Notes under the pieces: model-generated | Told to the model about the DNA's origin: nothing | The model's database searches: none | Seen by the model: the letters and a program-made list of their open reading frames with translations, nothing else | Program-made: the position numbers and the translations under genes | Shown here: one piece after another, positions 42,878-54,188 of the stretch | Numbering within the stretch: position 1 is the first letter of the stretch | Layout: each line of letters begins with the position of its first letter | Assembly (NCBI RefSeq): GCF_003334355.1 | Contig: NZ_QOWP01000006.1 | Origin: Escherichia coli | GTDB taxonomy: Bacteria > Pseudomonadota > Gammaproteobacteria > Enterobacterales > Enterobacteriaceae | Length of the DNA stretch: 64,000 nucleotides | Reading direction: 5' to 3' (one strand)

Positions 42878-43045
42878 AAATCCCTCTTAATTTCACGTAT
42901 CGAATAACGTTGTTTTAATCTAGCTATGAGGAACAAATAAAATAAAAATATTATTTTTAATACTGAAGCAACATCTTTGGCTGCTTTCTTTTTTAATATT
43001 GCTGGCCGATTCATTTTCTGATATCGGCCATTTTTATTGCGGGTA

Positions 43046-43924
43046 TCAGGCCAGTTTATGGTTAGCCATTAATTCCAGCGCCTGCACTAACGCAGAGTGA
43101 TCCAACTGGCTGCCACCGTTTGCCGCACAGGTATTAAATAACTCCTGGCAGGTCGCAGTGTTTGGCAGGTTCAGCGCAAGTGCTTTCGCACTTTGCAGTG
43201 CCAGGTTGAGATCTTTCTGGTGCAGAGCGATTTTGAAGCCCGGATTAAAGGTGCGTTTAATCATACGCTCGCCATGAACTTCCAGAATACGTGAGGAAGC
43301 AAAGCCGCCCATCAGCGCCTGGCGCACACGTACCGGGTCCGCACCGGCTTTTGAAGCAAATAGCAGGGCTTCAGAAACCGCTTCAATATTGAGCGCCACG
43401 ATAATCTGATTTGCCACTTTGCAGGTTTGACCATCGCCGTTACCGCCCACGAGGGTGATATTTTTACCGAGCAGTTCAAACAGCGGTTTAACACGTTCAA
43501 ATACCGCTTCATCACCGCCAACCATAATCGACAACGTCCCTTCACGCGCACCGATTTCACCGCCGGAGACTGGCGCATCGAGATAATCGCCGCCCAGTTC
43601 ATTCACCTGACGAGCGAAACGCTTAGTTTCAATCGGGGAAATGGAGCTCATATCAACAATGGTTTTGCCCTTCAGCGAGGCTTTGGTACAACCATTTTCA
43701 CCGAACAGAACTTCTTCAACCTGAGGTGTGTCCGGCACCATAATAAAAATGATGTCCGATGCTTCCGTTACCTGGCGAGCAGTTTCAACACTGACGGCAC
43801 CCAGTGACAGTAATTCATCAGCAACCGGTCCAATGGTCGTGACATGTAATTGATGACCGGCACGCGCCAGATTAATGGCCATCGGTGTACCCATAATGCC
43901 TAAGCCAATAAATCCCAGTTTCAT
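43046..43924 (-). CDS. glxR: tartronate semialdehyde reductase
   Basis: 292 aa, N-terminal GLGIMG Rossmann motif. Confidence 0.9.
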   Translation of the reverse strand: MKLGFIGLGIMGTPMAINLARAGHQLHVTTIGPVADELLSLGAVSVETARQVTEASDIIFIMVPDTPQVEEVLFGENGCTKASLKGKTIVDMSSISPIETKRFARQVNELGGDYLDAPVSGGEIGAREGTLSIMVGGDEAVFERVKPLFELLGKNITLVGGNGDGQTCKVANQIIVALNIEAVSEALLFASKAGADPVRVRQALMGGFASSRILEVHGERMIKRTFNPGFKIALHQKDLNLALQSAKALALNLPNTATCQELFNTCAANGGSQLDHSALVQALELMANHKLA

Positions 43925-44023
43925 AATTAACCTCTTTTAAATTTCGCTTTTCCTGAATTCAGACAACACGATCCCCTGCCAACTTAGCGGCCTAAAAAAG
44001 CATTGTCTGAATAGCGTTACGTT

Positions 44024-44800
44024 TTAACGGTACGGATCCATCCAGCGTAAACCGGCTTCCGTGGTGGTTTGGGGTTTATATTCACACCCAACCCAACCGT
44101 TGTAGTCAGAATTTTCGATTACCTTAAAGAGATAATCATAATTAATTTCTCCGGTTCCCGGTTCGCCGCGATGCGGATTATCGGCAATTTGCAGGTGACC
44201 AATTTTATCAGCCCACTGAGTCATGGTGTTGGTTAATTCACCTTCCATCCGCTGCATGTGATAAATGTCATACTGAATTTTCAAATTGCAGCAACCAACA
44301 TCATCAATCAATTTCAGCGCCTGCCGAGTTCCGGTGAGATGGAAACCAGGAATATCAAAATGGTTAATAGGTTCAATCAGTAATAAAATATCTTCTTTCA
44401 TCAGCATATTCGCGGCATAACGCAGGTTTTCTACAAGCGTTGCGTGAATCTGTTCACTGCTGAAACCAGCCGGCGTTTTACCGACCAGACAGTTAATTTT
44501 TTTATTACCCAGCGCACGGGCATAACGAATCGCTGCTGCTACGCCATCCCGAAACTCTTCTTCACGGCCAGGAATACAGGCAATACCGCGCTCCCCCGCC
44601 GCCCAGTCACCCGCCGGTAAATTGTGCAGCGTATGTTCGAGTTTATTACTCGCCAGCACATGTTTTAATTCTTCAATGTCGTAGTCATAAGGAAACATAA
44701 ATTCAACGCCGCGAAAACCACACTGCGCAGCTTTCTCAAAACGGGCGAGAAAATCATATTCTCCAAATAACATCGATAAATTAGCAGAGAAACGTAACAT
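44024..44800 (-). CDS. hyi: hydroxypyruvate isomerase
   Basis: 258 aa, synteny. Confidence 0.85.
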   Translation of the reverse strand: MLRFSANLSMLFGEYDFLARFEKAAQCGFRGVEFMFPYDYDIEELKHVLASNKLEHTLHNLPAGDWAAGERGIACIPGREEEFRDGVAAAIRYARALGNKKINCLVGKTPAGFSSEQIHATLVENLRYAANMLMKEDILLLIEPINHFDIPGFHLTGTRQALKLIDDVGCCNLKIQYDIYHMQRMEGELTNTMTQWADKIGHLQIADNPHRGEPGTGEINYDYLFKVIENSDYNGWVGCEYKPQTTTEAGLRWMDPYR

Positions 44801-44812
44801 TATTTATCTCCC

Positions 44813-46594
44813 TTATTCATAGTGCATGAAGCAGGTTTCAGTCGGTGCGTCCGCTGCGTTATCGGCGATATCTTCAAATTCCATGACGTTATCCAGTTCG
44901 CTGCCCATCGAAATATTGGTCACACGCTCGAGAATAACTTCCACGACTACCGGTACCCGATATTGCGCCATTAAGGCTTTCGCCTGTTCAAAGGCTGGCG
45001 CAATATCTTCCGGTTTGAAGACCCGAATAGCTTTACAACCTAAACCTTCCGCTACTTTTACGTGGTCAACACCGTAGCCATTCACTTCACTGGAGTTGAT
45101 ATTCTCGAAAGCGAGTTGCACGCAGTAGTCCATGTCAAAAGCGCGTTGTGACTGACGAATCAGGCCGAGATAGGCGTTATTCACCAGCACATGGATGTAC
45201 GGAATGTTGAACTGCGCGCCAACGGCTAACTCTTCAATCAGGAACTGGAAGTCAAAGTCGCCAGAAATCGCCACCACATTGCGTTTCGGATCAGCGGCAC
45301 AAACCCCCAGCGCCGCCGGAATCGTCCAGCCTAACGGACCAGCCTGACCACAGTTGATCCAGTGGCGGTCTTTAAAGACATGCAGCATTTGTGCCGCAGC
45401 GATTTGTGACAAACCAATGGTGGTGACATAGCAAACATCGCGACCAAAGGCTTTGTTCATCTCTTCATACACGCGCTGCGGTTTCACCGGCACGTTGTCG
45501 AAATGGGTTTTGCGCAGCAAAGTGCGTTTGCGCTGCTGGCAGTCGGCGACCCATTCTTTACGACACGGCAGACGACCCGCTTTTTGCATCTCCTGCGCCA
45601 CTTCAACCAGCAGTGTCAGCGCCGCTTTAGCATCAGAGACAATGCCGAGATCCGGACACAGCACGCGACCAATTTGCGTCGGCTCAATATCGATATGAAC
45701 GATTTTGCGCCCTTCGGTGTATTTCTCTACCGAACCGGTATGACGGTTAGCAAAACGGTTACCGATACCAAACACCATGTCGGACGCCAGCAACGTTGCG
45801 TTACCGTAACGATGCGCGGTTTGCAGACCCACCATCCCGGCCATCAGTTCATGATCGTCCGGGATACAGCCCCAGCCCATCAGCGTTGGGATCACCGGAA
45901 CGCTGGTCAGTTCAGCAAACTGTTGTAACAGTGCAGCTGCGTCAGCATTAATTACCCCGCCCCCGGCAACAATCACCGGACGTTCGGCCTGGATTAACAT
46001 TTCTACAGCTTTTTCGATCTGCATACGGCTGGCAGCAGGTTTGTAGACCGGCAGCGGTTCGTACATGTCAGGATCAAACTCGATTTCCGCAACCTGAACG
46101 TCGAACGGTAAATCCACCAGTACCGGACCCGGACGACCAGAACGCATCAGGTGAAATGCCTGTTGCAGCACGCGAGGCACCAGCGCCGCTTCACGAACTG
46201 TAACCGCCATTTTGCTGACCGGTTTAGCAATTGCTTCAATATCTACGGCCTGAAAATCTTCTTTATGCAGACGGGCGCGCGGTGCCTGGCCGGTAATGCA
46301 CAGAATAGGAATGGAATCAGCAGAAGCGGAATAGAGCGCGGTGATCATGTCCGTGCCCGCAGGACCGGAAGTCCCCAGACATACGCCGATATTTCCTGCC
46401 GTTGCGCGGGTATAACCTTCCGCCATGTGCGAAGCACCTTCCACATGACGCGCCAGAATGTGACGAATACCGCCGTGCTTACGCATCGCTGAGTAGAACG
46501 GATTGATTGCAGCTCCCGGAACACCGAAGGCGGTGGTGATACCTTCTTTCTCCAGCACATACATTGCCGCGTCAACGACTCTCATTTTTGCCAT
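44813..46594 (-). CDS. gcl: glyoxylate carboligase
   Basis: 593 aa from [18 protein letters not shown]; ThDP-enzyme family. Confidence 0.9.
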   Translation of the reverse strand: MAKMRVVDAAMYVLEKEGITTAFGVPGAAINPFYSAMRKHGGIRHILARHVEGASHMAEGYTRATAGNIGVCLGTSGPAGTDMITALYSASADSIPILCITGQAPRARLHKEDFQAVDIEAIAKPVSKMAVTVREAALVPRVLQQAFHLMRSGRPGPVLVDLPFDVQVAEIEFDPDMYEPLPVYKPAASRMQIEKAVEMLIQAERPVIVAGGGVINADAAALLQQFAELTSVPVIPTLMGWGCIPDDHELMAGMVGLQTAHRYGNATLLASDMVFGIGNRFANRHTGSVEKYTEGRKIVHIDIEPTQIGRVLCPDLGIVSDAKAALTLLVEVAQEMQKAGRLPCRKEWVADCQQRKRTLLRKTHFDNVPVKPQRVYEEMNKAFGRDVCYVTTIGLSQIAAAQMLHVFKDRHWINCGQAGPLGWTIPAALGVCAADPKRNVVAISGDFDFQFLIEELAVGAQFNIPYIHVLVNNAYLGLIRQSQRAFDMDYCVQLAFENINSSEVNGYGVDHVKVAEGLGCKAIRVFKPEDIAPAFEQAKALMAQYRVPVVVEVILERVTNISMGSELDNVMEFEDIADNAADAPTETCFMHYE

Positions 46595-46614
46595 TTTATT
46601 CCTACCTCTATTTA

Positions 46615-46631
46615 TTGGAAAATTTTTCCAA
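46615..46631. promoter_or_regulatory. AllR operator in gcl promoter
   Basis: Perfect palindrome TTGGAAAATTTTTCCAA just upstream of gcl. Confidence 0.6.
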
Positions 46632-46646
46632 CTTTCAAATTTTGTC

Positions 46647-46671
46647 AAAAAAACCCGCTCCGCAGAGCGGG
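46647..46671 (-). terminator. Rho-independent terminator after allR
   Basis: Minus strand: CCCGCTC..GAGCGGG hairpin followed by TTTTTTT. Confidence 0.65.
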
Positions 46672-46683
46672 ATGCGACAGACA

Positions 46684-47499
46684 TTATGGATGTGCTTTCA
46701 GTCCCAACGCCGTGCTGATATCGCGGGCGGTGTCTCTGACCAGCTCACCCTGACTGACAAAACGATCTTCTGTCAGTCTTGATGAAGGCCCGGAGATGGA
46801 GATAGCGGCAACAACACTACCGACATCATCGTAAATTGCTGAAGCTATGCAATTCAGACCTACAACATGCTCTTCTTTATCTACGGTATAGCCCAGTTCA
46901 CGCGCTTGTTCCAGGTCCTTCAGCAAGGTGGGCATATCCACAAGCGTAGTTGGCGTAAACTGCTGCAAACCGGTTTGCAGAATGATGCTCATCAACTCCT
47001 CTTCCGCCAGCGGATAAAGCAGCGCTTTGCCCGCACCGGAAGCATGCAGTGGCAGACGACTGCCCAGTGGCGCACACATCCTGACCATCGATTTACACTC
47101 TAACTGACCAATTAATACCGCTTCATTGCCGTTACGGATCGCGACATTGACCGTTTCGCCGGAAAGTAACATCAGGCGGCGCATAAACGGCCCGGCGACG
47201 GAGAGGACATCGCGGTTATGGATGTACGCCGCACCGACGTTAAAGACACCTAATCCTATATGCCACCAGCCTAATTGACTGTCCTGATAGACAAAATCCG
47301 CTGCCTGTAAAACCTTCAGCAAGCGAAAGGTCGTGGAGAGCGGCAAATCCAGATTGAGAGAAATATCGCTAACCGACGAACTTCCCCCACTTTTTTCCAA
47401 ATATTGCAGAATCGCAATTCCCCGCTCTAACGCCTGTGCGCCCTTCTGTGCCACAGGCTCCGCCTGTCCTGGCCTGCCGCGCCGTCTAACTTCCGTCAT
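46684..47499 (-). CDS. allR: IclR-family allantoin regulon repressor
   Basis: 271 aa, IclR architecture. Confidence 0.9.
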
Positions 47500-47576
47500 A
47501 CCTACGTTAACTCCGACCTACAAGTGAGCATAAACAATGAACAATTAGTTTATCTTATGCAAGTCGGTTGCAGGCG

Positions 47577-48059
47577 TCACGCAAAACAGAGTTCCTGTTC
47601 AGGAATACTTTCAACATCACAGTTGTCACTGCCGCCGCGATCGATGGTCAGAAAATCGGTGACGCGCTGCCAGGCGAAAAGTGGGTGATGCCAGACGTTA
47701 CGATGGTAATTCACTCCCTGTTCGCCGTTGGTGATAAACGCCCGCAGCGTTGACAGGTCTGGTTTGTCGTCACCTAACGCCACGACCACCACAAACACCT
47801 CACCTTTCATCGGGATAAAGGCCTGAGTACCCAGCGGATGACGTTCGAGTTCGTGAATGGTCAGCGGCAGATTCGCCGGTTGCGCGCGGTTAATGCTGAT
47901 AAGCGTACGGTCTTGCTCAAGAATCTCAACCAGCGCCAAATCGTGGTAACGCTCCACCAGGCCATTGTTAATATGGAAAAAATCCCGTTGCTGCGTTTCG
48001 ATTACGTCGCCATAAGCACTAAAGGCTTCCTGACTTAACGGTAATACCTGAAGTTTCAT
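47577..48059 (-). CDS. allA: ureidoglycolate lyase
   Basis: 160 aa, synteny. Confidence 0.9.
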
Positions 48060-48164
48060 CTTTTTGTCCTTGTAACATAATTCCGTTCAACCACCGCCGA
48101 CCGGTCAGCTTGGTTTCAATAACAGGCAATCTAAAACCTTAAGAGAACAACATCAATACAAAAG

Positions 48165-48181
48165 TTGGAATATTTTTCCAA
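48165..48181. promoter_or_regulatory. AllR operator in allS-allA divergent promoter region
   Basis: Palindrome TTGGAATATTTTTCCAA, near-identical to the gcl site. Confidence 0.6.
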
Positions 48182-48288
48182 AACTAGATTTAGTCCACAA
48201 ATTGAACAGGGTTATCATGTAAAAATACTGATAAATCAGAGGATAAGAAAATCACGCAACTTGCGGATTTAAAAGGGGATACCTGAAG

Positions 48289-49215
48289 ATGTTCGATCCA
48301 GAAACCTTGCGGACTTTCATTGCGGTTGCTGAAACAGGAAGTTTTTCAAAAGCGGCAGAACGATTATGTAAAACCACGGCGACGATCAGTTATCGCATTA
48401 AACTTCTGGAAGAGAATACCGGAGTAGCGCTGTTTTTCCGTACGACTCGCAGCGTGACGTTGACAGCGGCTGGCGAGCATCTACTTTCCCAGGCCAGAGA
48501 CTGGCTGAGCTGGCTGGAAAGTATGCCAAGCGAGCTGCAACAGGTGAATGATGGCGTGGAACGCCAGGTGAATATTGTCATCAACAACCTGCTCTACAAC
48601 CCCCAGGCCGTCGCCCAGTTGCTGGCGTGGCTGAATGAGCGTTACCCCTTTACCCAGTTTCACATCTCCCGACAAATCTATATGGGCGTCTGGGACTCGA
48701 TATTGTACGAAGGTTTTTCGCTGGCTATCGGCGTCACGGGAACTGAGGCGCTGGCAAATACCTTTAGTCTTGATCCCTTAGGATCGGTGCAATGGCGCTT
48801 TGTCATGGCGGCGGATCATCCGCTGGCGAACGTTGAAGAGCCGCTAACAGAAGCGCAGTTGCGGCGCTTTCCGGCGGTCAATATTGAAGACAGCGCCCGC
48901 ACCTTAACCAAACGCGTCGCCTGGCGATTGCCAGGGCAAAAAGAGATTATTGTTCCCGATATGGAAACGAAAATCGCCGCCCATCTGGCGGGCGTTGGCA
49001 TTGGTTTTTTGCCAAAATCGCTTTGCCAGTCAATGATCGATAATCAACAACTGGTCAGCCGGGTAATCCCAACGATGCGCCCTCCTTCGCCATTGAGTCT
49101 GGCATGGCGCAAATTTGGCAGCGGCAAAGCGGTAGAAGATATTGTGACCTTGTTTACCCAGCGCAGGCCGGAAATCAGCGGATTTTTAGAAATTTTCGGC
49201 AACCCACGCAGTTAA
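48289..49215 (+). CDS. allS: LysR-family activator of allD operon
   Basis: 308 aa LysR-type HTH N-terminus. Confidence 0.85.
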   Translation: MFDPETLRTFIAVAETGSFSKAAERLCKTTATISYRIKLLEENTGVALFFRTTRSVTLTAAGEHLLSQARDWLSWLESMPSELQQVNDGVERQVNIVINNLLYNPQAVAQLLAWLNERYPFTQFHISRQIYMGVWDSILYEGFSLAIGVTGTEALANTFSLDPLGSVQWRFVMAADHPLANVEEPLTEAQLRRFPAVNIEDSARTLTKRVAWRLPGQKEIIVPDMETKIAAHLAGVGIGFLPKSLCQSMIDNQQLVSRVIPTMRPPSPLSLAWRKFGSGKAVEDIVTLFTQRRPEISGFLEIFGNPRS

Positions 49216-49268
49216 AAATCAAGTTTCCTTGCGCGTTGGCGCGTAAAATAGCGCGCAAGCTGATTTGA

Positions 49269-50378
<1,110 letters not shown>

Positions 50379-50441
50379 TGGGCGGTATTCTGAAACGGCG
50401 ATTGTCGTGAGAACAGAATGGTTGCACCAGAATACAGATAT

Positions 50442-50471
50442 AAAAAAACCGACATGACAGTCGGTTTTTTT
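50442..50471. terminator. bidirectional Rho-independent terminator (mnmH on plus; candidate antisense RNA on minus)
   Basis: AAAAAAACCGACATGACAGTCGGTTTTTTT: 5-bp GC stem flanked by A7 and T7. Confidence 0.8.
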
Positions 50472-50529
50472 ATTTTTTCCGCCCAAGACTTGGTGGTTCC
50501 GGGCAGAAATGAAACAGTCCTCATCTAGC
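50445..50529 (-). ncRNA. candidate antitoxin sRNA of a type I TA pair
   Basis: Minus-strand promoter TTGAAT-17 bp-TATAAT (plus coords 50564-50536); predicted 5' end GCUAGAUGAGGACUG is complementary to plus-strand 50701-50716; ends at terminator 50442-50471. Confidence 0.55.
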
Positions 50530-50535
50530 AAGTGA

Positions 50536-50564
50536 ATTATAAGTCAGGATGCCTACATATTCAA
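50536..50564 (-). promoter_or_regulatory. sigma70-type promoter for the candidate antisense sRNA
   Basis: Minus strand: -35 TTGAAT, 17-bp spacer, consensus -10 TATAAT. Confidence 0.55.
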
Positions 50565-50680
50565 ACAGCTATGTTGGCGATACAATCCCGACGCTAGTAG
50601 TGATACTGCCTCAAGGGATTACCGCAGTGCGGAAAAGTACTTTTAAGTCCTGGTCAGGATACAGGTGGTGCTGATTCTGG

Positions 50681-50689
50681 TGCTCTAAT
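50681..50689 (+). promoter_or_regulatory. extended -10 element (TGcTCTAAT), candidate toxin mRNA promoter
   Basis: TG dinucleotide one base upstream of TCTAAT; no good -35; places the mRNA 5' end just before the repeat at 50701. Confidence 0.35.
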
Positions 50690-50789
50690 TTGGAGAGAGG
50701 CAGTCCTCATCTAGCACATGAAGAAAATCATAGTTACAGGCAACGTAAGGGTAAGCTGTGATTGTCTTTCTCCCTTAAGGGAGCAACGG

Positions 50790-50873
50790 ATGAAAACTTT
50801 TCTCGATAAAGTTCTCATCGTTCTTAAGGCGCTAATCGCGCTGCTGGAACTGATCCGTCAGTTTATTGAATAA
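50790..50873 (+). CDS. 27-aa hydrophobic single-helix peptide, candidate type I toxin (TisB/DinQ-like)
   Basis: MKTFLDKVLIVLKALIALLELIRQFIE; SD GGGAG 6 nt upstream; in-frame upstream ATG at 50718 would give 51 aa; core LIALLELIR recalled as shared with DinQ. Confidence 0.6.
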   Translation: MKTFLDKVLIVLKALIALLELIRQFIE

Positions 50874-50891
50874 CTGAGGAAACGTAGCTAA

Positions 50892-50919
50892 GGCCGAAGG
50901 TTTACCACCTTCGGTCTTT
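50892..50919 (+). terminator. hairpin downstream of the small toxin ORF
   Basis: GGCCGAAGGT-TTACC-ACCTTCGGTC stem-loop followed by short TCTTT. Confidence 0.45.
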
Positions 50920-50945
50920 AAAAAAACCGACATGACAGTTGGTTT
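50920..50945. repeat. second, slightly degenerate copy of the 50442-50471 terminator sequence
   Basis: AAAAAAACCGACATGACAGTTGGTTT, 25/26 identical to AAAAAAACCGACATGACAGTCGGTTT at 50442-50467. Confidence 0.8.
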
Positions 50946-50976
50946 CATATTTATTGCCAAAATGCACACTGTTCAT

Positions 50977-51075
<99 letters not shown>

Positions 51076-51090
51076 ATCTAACACCTGTCA

Positions 51091-53505
51091 TCACCCCGCA
51101 AACTGCCTGAACAGCGCCTTACCCTTAACCAGTCTCGCGCCCAGCCAGCCGCCGAAAAGCGACAGCAGCAGCGCACCGCTGCACGGCAGAACAATCCACA
51201 ATCGCCAGTCTGGCTCCCACGGGAAATCAAACACTTTCGCCTGCAACACTGCCAGTGCCGTTTCCGCACCAATTGCGGCCACCAGGCCGGAAACAAACCC
51301 AAGCATGGCGAACTCACACCACAATGTCGTGCGCAGCAGTTTTTTCCCCGCACCGAGTGTGCGCCATACCACCAGCTCCTGATGACGCTGGCGCATTCCC
51401 ACCTGCACCTGTGCCAGCAACAGCAACATACCGCAGGCGGTGACCAGCACCACCATCACCTCCAGCGCCCGACTTACCTGCTCCAGCACCTGACCGACCT
51501 GTTTTAAAATCGCGCCAATATCTAACAGGCTAATGGTCGGGAACTGGCGGTTGAGTTGCGTCAACATGCCGTTGCCATTCTCCCAGCGGAAACTGGTAAG
51601 CCAGCTCTGCGGTTGCCCGTCTAATGCCCCTTCCGGGAAAATAAAATAGAAATTAGGCCGCAGACTTTCCCAGTCCACTTTGCGCAGGCTGGTCACTTTA
51701 GCGCGGAACTCCTGGGTATCGCCCATAAAAGTCACGGTATCACCGAGGGCAACGTTTAAGCGTTTCGCCAGCCCCTCTTCCATCGACACTTCATCGGCTT
51801 TTGGCGGCCAGTTACCGGCGACAATCGGATTATGATCGGGCCGCGTATTTTGCCAGGTAAGATTGAGTTCGCGATTAAGCGCCTCATCTTCATTACCTTC
51901 TGTCGGCTTATCGTTAATCGCCGTCAGCCGCGCCCGCACTACCGGATAAAATGATTCCGGGACTATATGATGTTCCGCGAGGAACGCTTTTAGCGGTGCT
52001 ACCTGTTCTGTGGCGATGTTAATTAAAAAGTAGTTCGGGCTTTCTGGCGGTAGCTGCTGCTGCCAGCGGTCGAGCAGATCGCCACGCAATACCAGCAACA
52101 GCGCCAGCAGCATAAAGGAGAGCGAAAATGCCGAAAGCTGACTTAACGTTGACCACGGCTGACGTAACAGGCGGCTAACCGCCAGGCGCAGAGGCAGCGA
52201 TTTCAGCGTCATGCGGCGAAGTACATTCAGCAGCATCCAGCCCAGCACACCGCACAGCAAAGCCAGTACTACCGCGCCCGCCAGCACCGCCCAAAGCAGC
52301 ATGCTGCCACCCATTAATCCGGCGAGCAGCAGCACAACCACCACACTGACAATCGGCAGATAAAACTTCAGCGGCCAGACGTTCGCTACCACATCATTAC
52401 GTAATACGCGTAAAGGCTGCGTTGCCAGCAACAAGCGATATGGTCGTAGCCCCACCAGCAGCGAGATGACCGTCATGGTGCCAAGCGCCCACAGCCACGG
52501 CCAGAGGCTGGCTGGCGGTAGTGCAGCAGGCAGAACGGGCTTGAGCAGCACCATCAACACGTTTTCGAACAACAGACCTATGGCCCCACCGGTAACGGCT
52601 GAAAGCGTCAGCACCATCAACCACTGACCGACGATTAGCTTACGCAGTTGCGCTCGCCCTGCCCCCAGCGTTTTGAGGATCGCCACCAGATCGTAGCGAC
52701 TGCGACAGTAATGATTCATCGCTACCGCCACCGCTGCCACTGCCAGCAGCAAGGTCAGAAGCGCCGAAAGCAGCAGGAACTGTTGCGAGCGTTCCATCGA
52801 TCGCCCCAGCGCGCCTTCGTCCTGTTCCAGACCGTACCAGCGTTGTTCGGGTTTAAGCTGAGGTAACAACCATTTCTCATAGCCGTCGAGCTGGTTCTCG
52901 TTGCCGCCGAATTTATAACGCCAGGTGACCCGACTCCCCGGCTGCACGGCTCCGGTTTTATCGACATCCGCCAGATTCATCATCAGACGCGGAGCCATCT
53001 GGAAGGGGTTAAAACCGGAATCCGGTTCCTGAATCACTTCTCCGGCAATCCGCAAGGTGGCATCGCCCACGTCAATGGTGTCGCCCGTTTTCAGGTTAAG
53101 CAGTGCCATCAGGCGTGGGGCCAGCAATACGCTGCCCGCCTGCGGTTTCAGGCCAGGGGGATTAGTTTGCAGATCGCCATACATCGGGTAGATATCATCC
53201 ACCGCTTTGACGTTCGCCAGCTGCGGTGTGTCGCCTGCAAAGGTCATTGTGGCGAAAGTCAGCTGCTTGCCGACTTTCAGGCCGCGCTTTTGCGCTTCCT
53301 CCAGCCACGCTTGCGGCACTTCGCGTGAACTGCGCAACGCCCGATCGCCCGCCATAAACTCACGGCTTTGCTGGCTTAAGCCCTTCTCCATGCGATCGCT
53401 GATATTGCCCAGCGCCAGCACGCAGGCCACCGCCAGGCTTAGCGCCAGCCAGACAATTAATAGCGACGGCGAACGCCATTCGCGCCAGAACCAACGTGCA
53501 ATCAT
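51091..53505 (-). CDS. ybbP: ABC-type transporter permease (FtsX-like, two domains) YbbP
   Basis: 804-aa membrane ORF overlapping ybbA. Confidence 0.85.
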   Translation of the reverse strand: MIARWFWREWRSPSLLIVWLALSLAVACVLALGNISDRMEKGLSQQSREFMAGDRALRSSREVPQAWLEEAQKRGLKVGKQLTFATMTFAGDTPQLANVKAVDDIYPMYGDLQTNPPGLKPQAGSVLLAPRLMALLNLKTGDTIDVGDATLRIAGEVIQEPDSGFNPFQMAPRLMMNLADVDKTGAVQPGSRVTWRYKFGGNENQLDGYEKWLLPQLKPEQRWYGLEQDEGALGRSMERSQQFLLLSALLTLLLAVAAVAVAMNHYCRSRYDLVAILKTLGAGRAQLRKLIVGQWLMVLTLSAVTGGAIGLLFENVLMVLLKPVLPAALPPASLWPWLWALGTMTVISLLVGLRPYRLLLATQPLRVLRNDVVANVWPLKFYLPIVSVVVVLLLAGLMGGSMLLWAVLAGAVVLALLCGVLGWMLLNVLRRMTLKSLPLRLAVSRLLRQPWSTLSQLSAFSLSFMLLALLLVLRGDLLDRWQQQLPPESPNYFLINIATEQVAPLKAFLAEHHIVPESFYPVVRARLTAINDKPTEGNEDEALNRELNLTWQNTRPDHNPIVAGNWPPKADEVSMEEGLAKRLNVALGDTVTFMGDTQEFRAKVTSLRKVDWESLRPNFYFIFPEGALDGQPQSWLTSFRWENGNGMLTQLNRQFPTISLLDIGAILKQVGQVLEQVSRALEVMVVLVTACGMLLLLAQVQVGMRQRHQELVVWRTLGAGKKLLRTTLWCEFAMLGFVSGLVAAIGAETALAVLQAKVFDFPWEPDWRLWIVLPCSGALLLSLFGGWLGARLVKGKALFRQFAG

Positions 53506-54188
53506 GCTTCCTCCTGCAACTGCCCGTTCACCAGCCGTAAGCAGCGGTCGCAGCGTGCCGCCAGTTGCAGGTCGTGGGTCACCATAATCAACGTGGTGCC
53601 ATGTTCACGGTTGAGGGAAAACAGCAGGTCGGCAATTTTATCGCCCGTCTGGCGGTCAAGGTTGCCGGTGGGTTCGTCGGCAAACAGCACATCAGGTCGA
53701 CCATTAAAGGCTCGTGCCAGCGCCACTCGTTGCTGTTCACCGCCGGAAAGCTGTGCCGGAAGATGATCCAGACGTTTACCCAGCCCTAACTGTTCGAGCA
53801 ACGCTTTCGCCCCGTTACGACTTTCCGCGCTACTCTCACCGCGCAGCAGAGCCGGAAGCTCGACGTTTTCCAGCGCGTTAAGGGTAGGAATTAACATAAA
53901 TGACTGAAAAACAAAGCCGACGTGCTTCGCGCGCAACTTTGCCCGCGCTTCTTCGTCCATATTATGTAGCGGTTGTCCCACCAGACTCACTTCGCCACTG
54001 CTGCCGTCATCAAGCCCGGCGAGGATCGCCAGCAAGGTTGACTTACCCGATCCCGACTCGCCCACCAGTGCGATGGTCTCGCCACGTTTGACAACCAGCT
54101 CAACTCCGGTGAGGATGGAGAGTTCATGCTCCCCCTGACCGACGGACTTCTTAAGATGATGAACTTCAACAATGTTTTCCGCTGGCAT
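53502..54188 (-). CDS. ybbA: ABC transporter ATP-binding protein YbbA
   Basis: 228 aa, Walker A GESGSGKST, signature LSGGEQQRVALA. Confidence 0.9.
   Translation of the reverse strand: MPAENIVEVHHLKKSVGQGEHELSILTGVELVVKRGETIALVGESGSGKSTLLAILAGLDDGSSGEVSLVGQPLHNMDEEARAKLRAKHVGFVFQSFMLIPTLNALENVELPALLRGESSAESRNGAKALLEQLGLGKRLDHLPAQLSGGEQQRVALARAFNGRPDVLFADEPTGNLDRQTGDKIADLLFSLNREHGTTLIMVTHDLQLAARCDRCLRLVNGQLQEEA

Noticed and set aside
42736-43014. 92-aa minus-strand ORF spanning the ybbW start and the glxR-ybbW intergenic region
   Set aside because: Overlaps the genuine ybbW start and AT-rich spacer; no RBS; likely spurious
50600-50790. LexA (SOS) box upstream of the small toxin ORF, as in tisB/dinQ
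   Set aside because: No CTGT-N8-ACAG-type palindrome found by eye; SOS control is not supported
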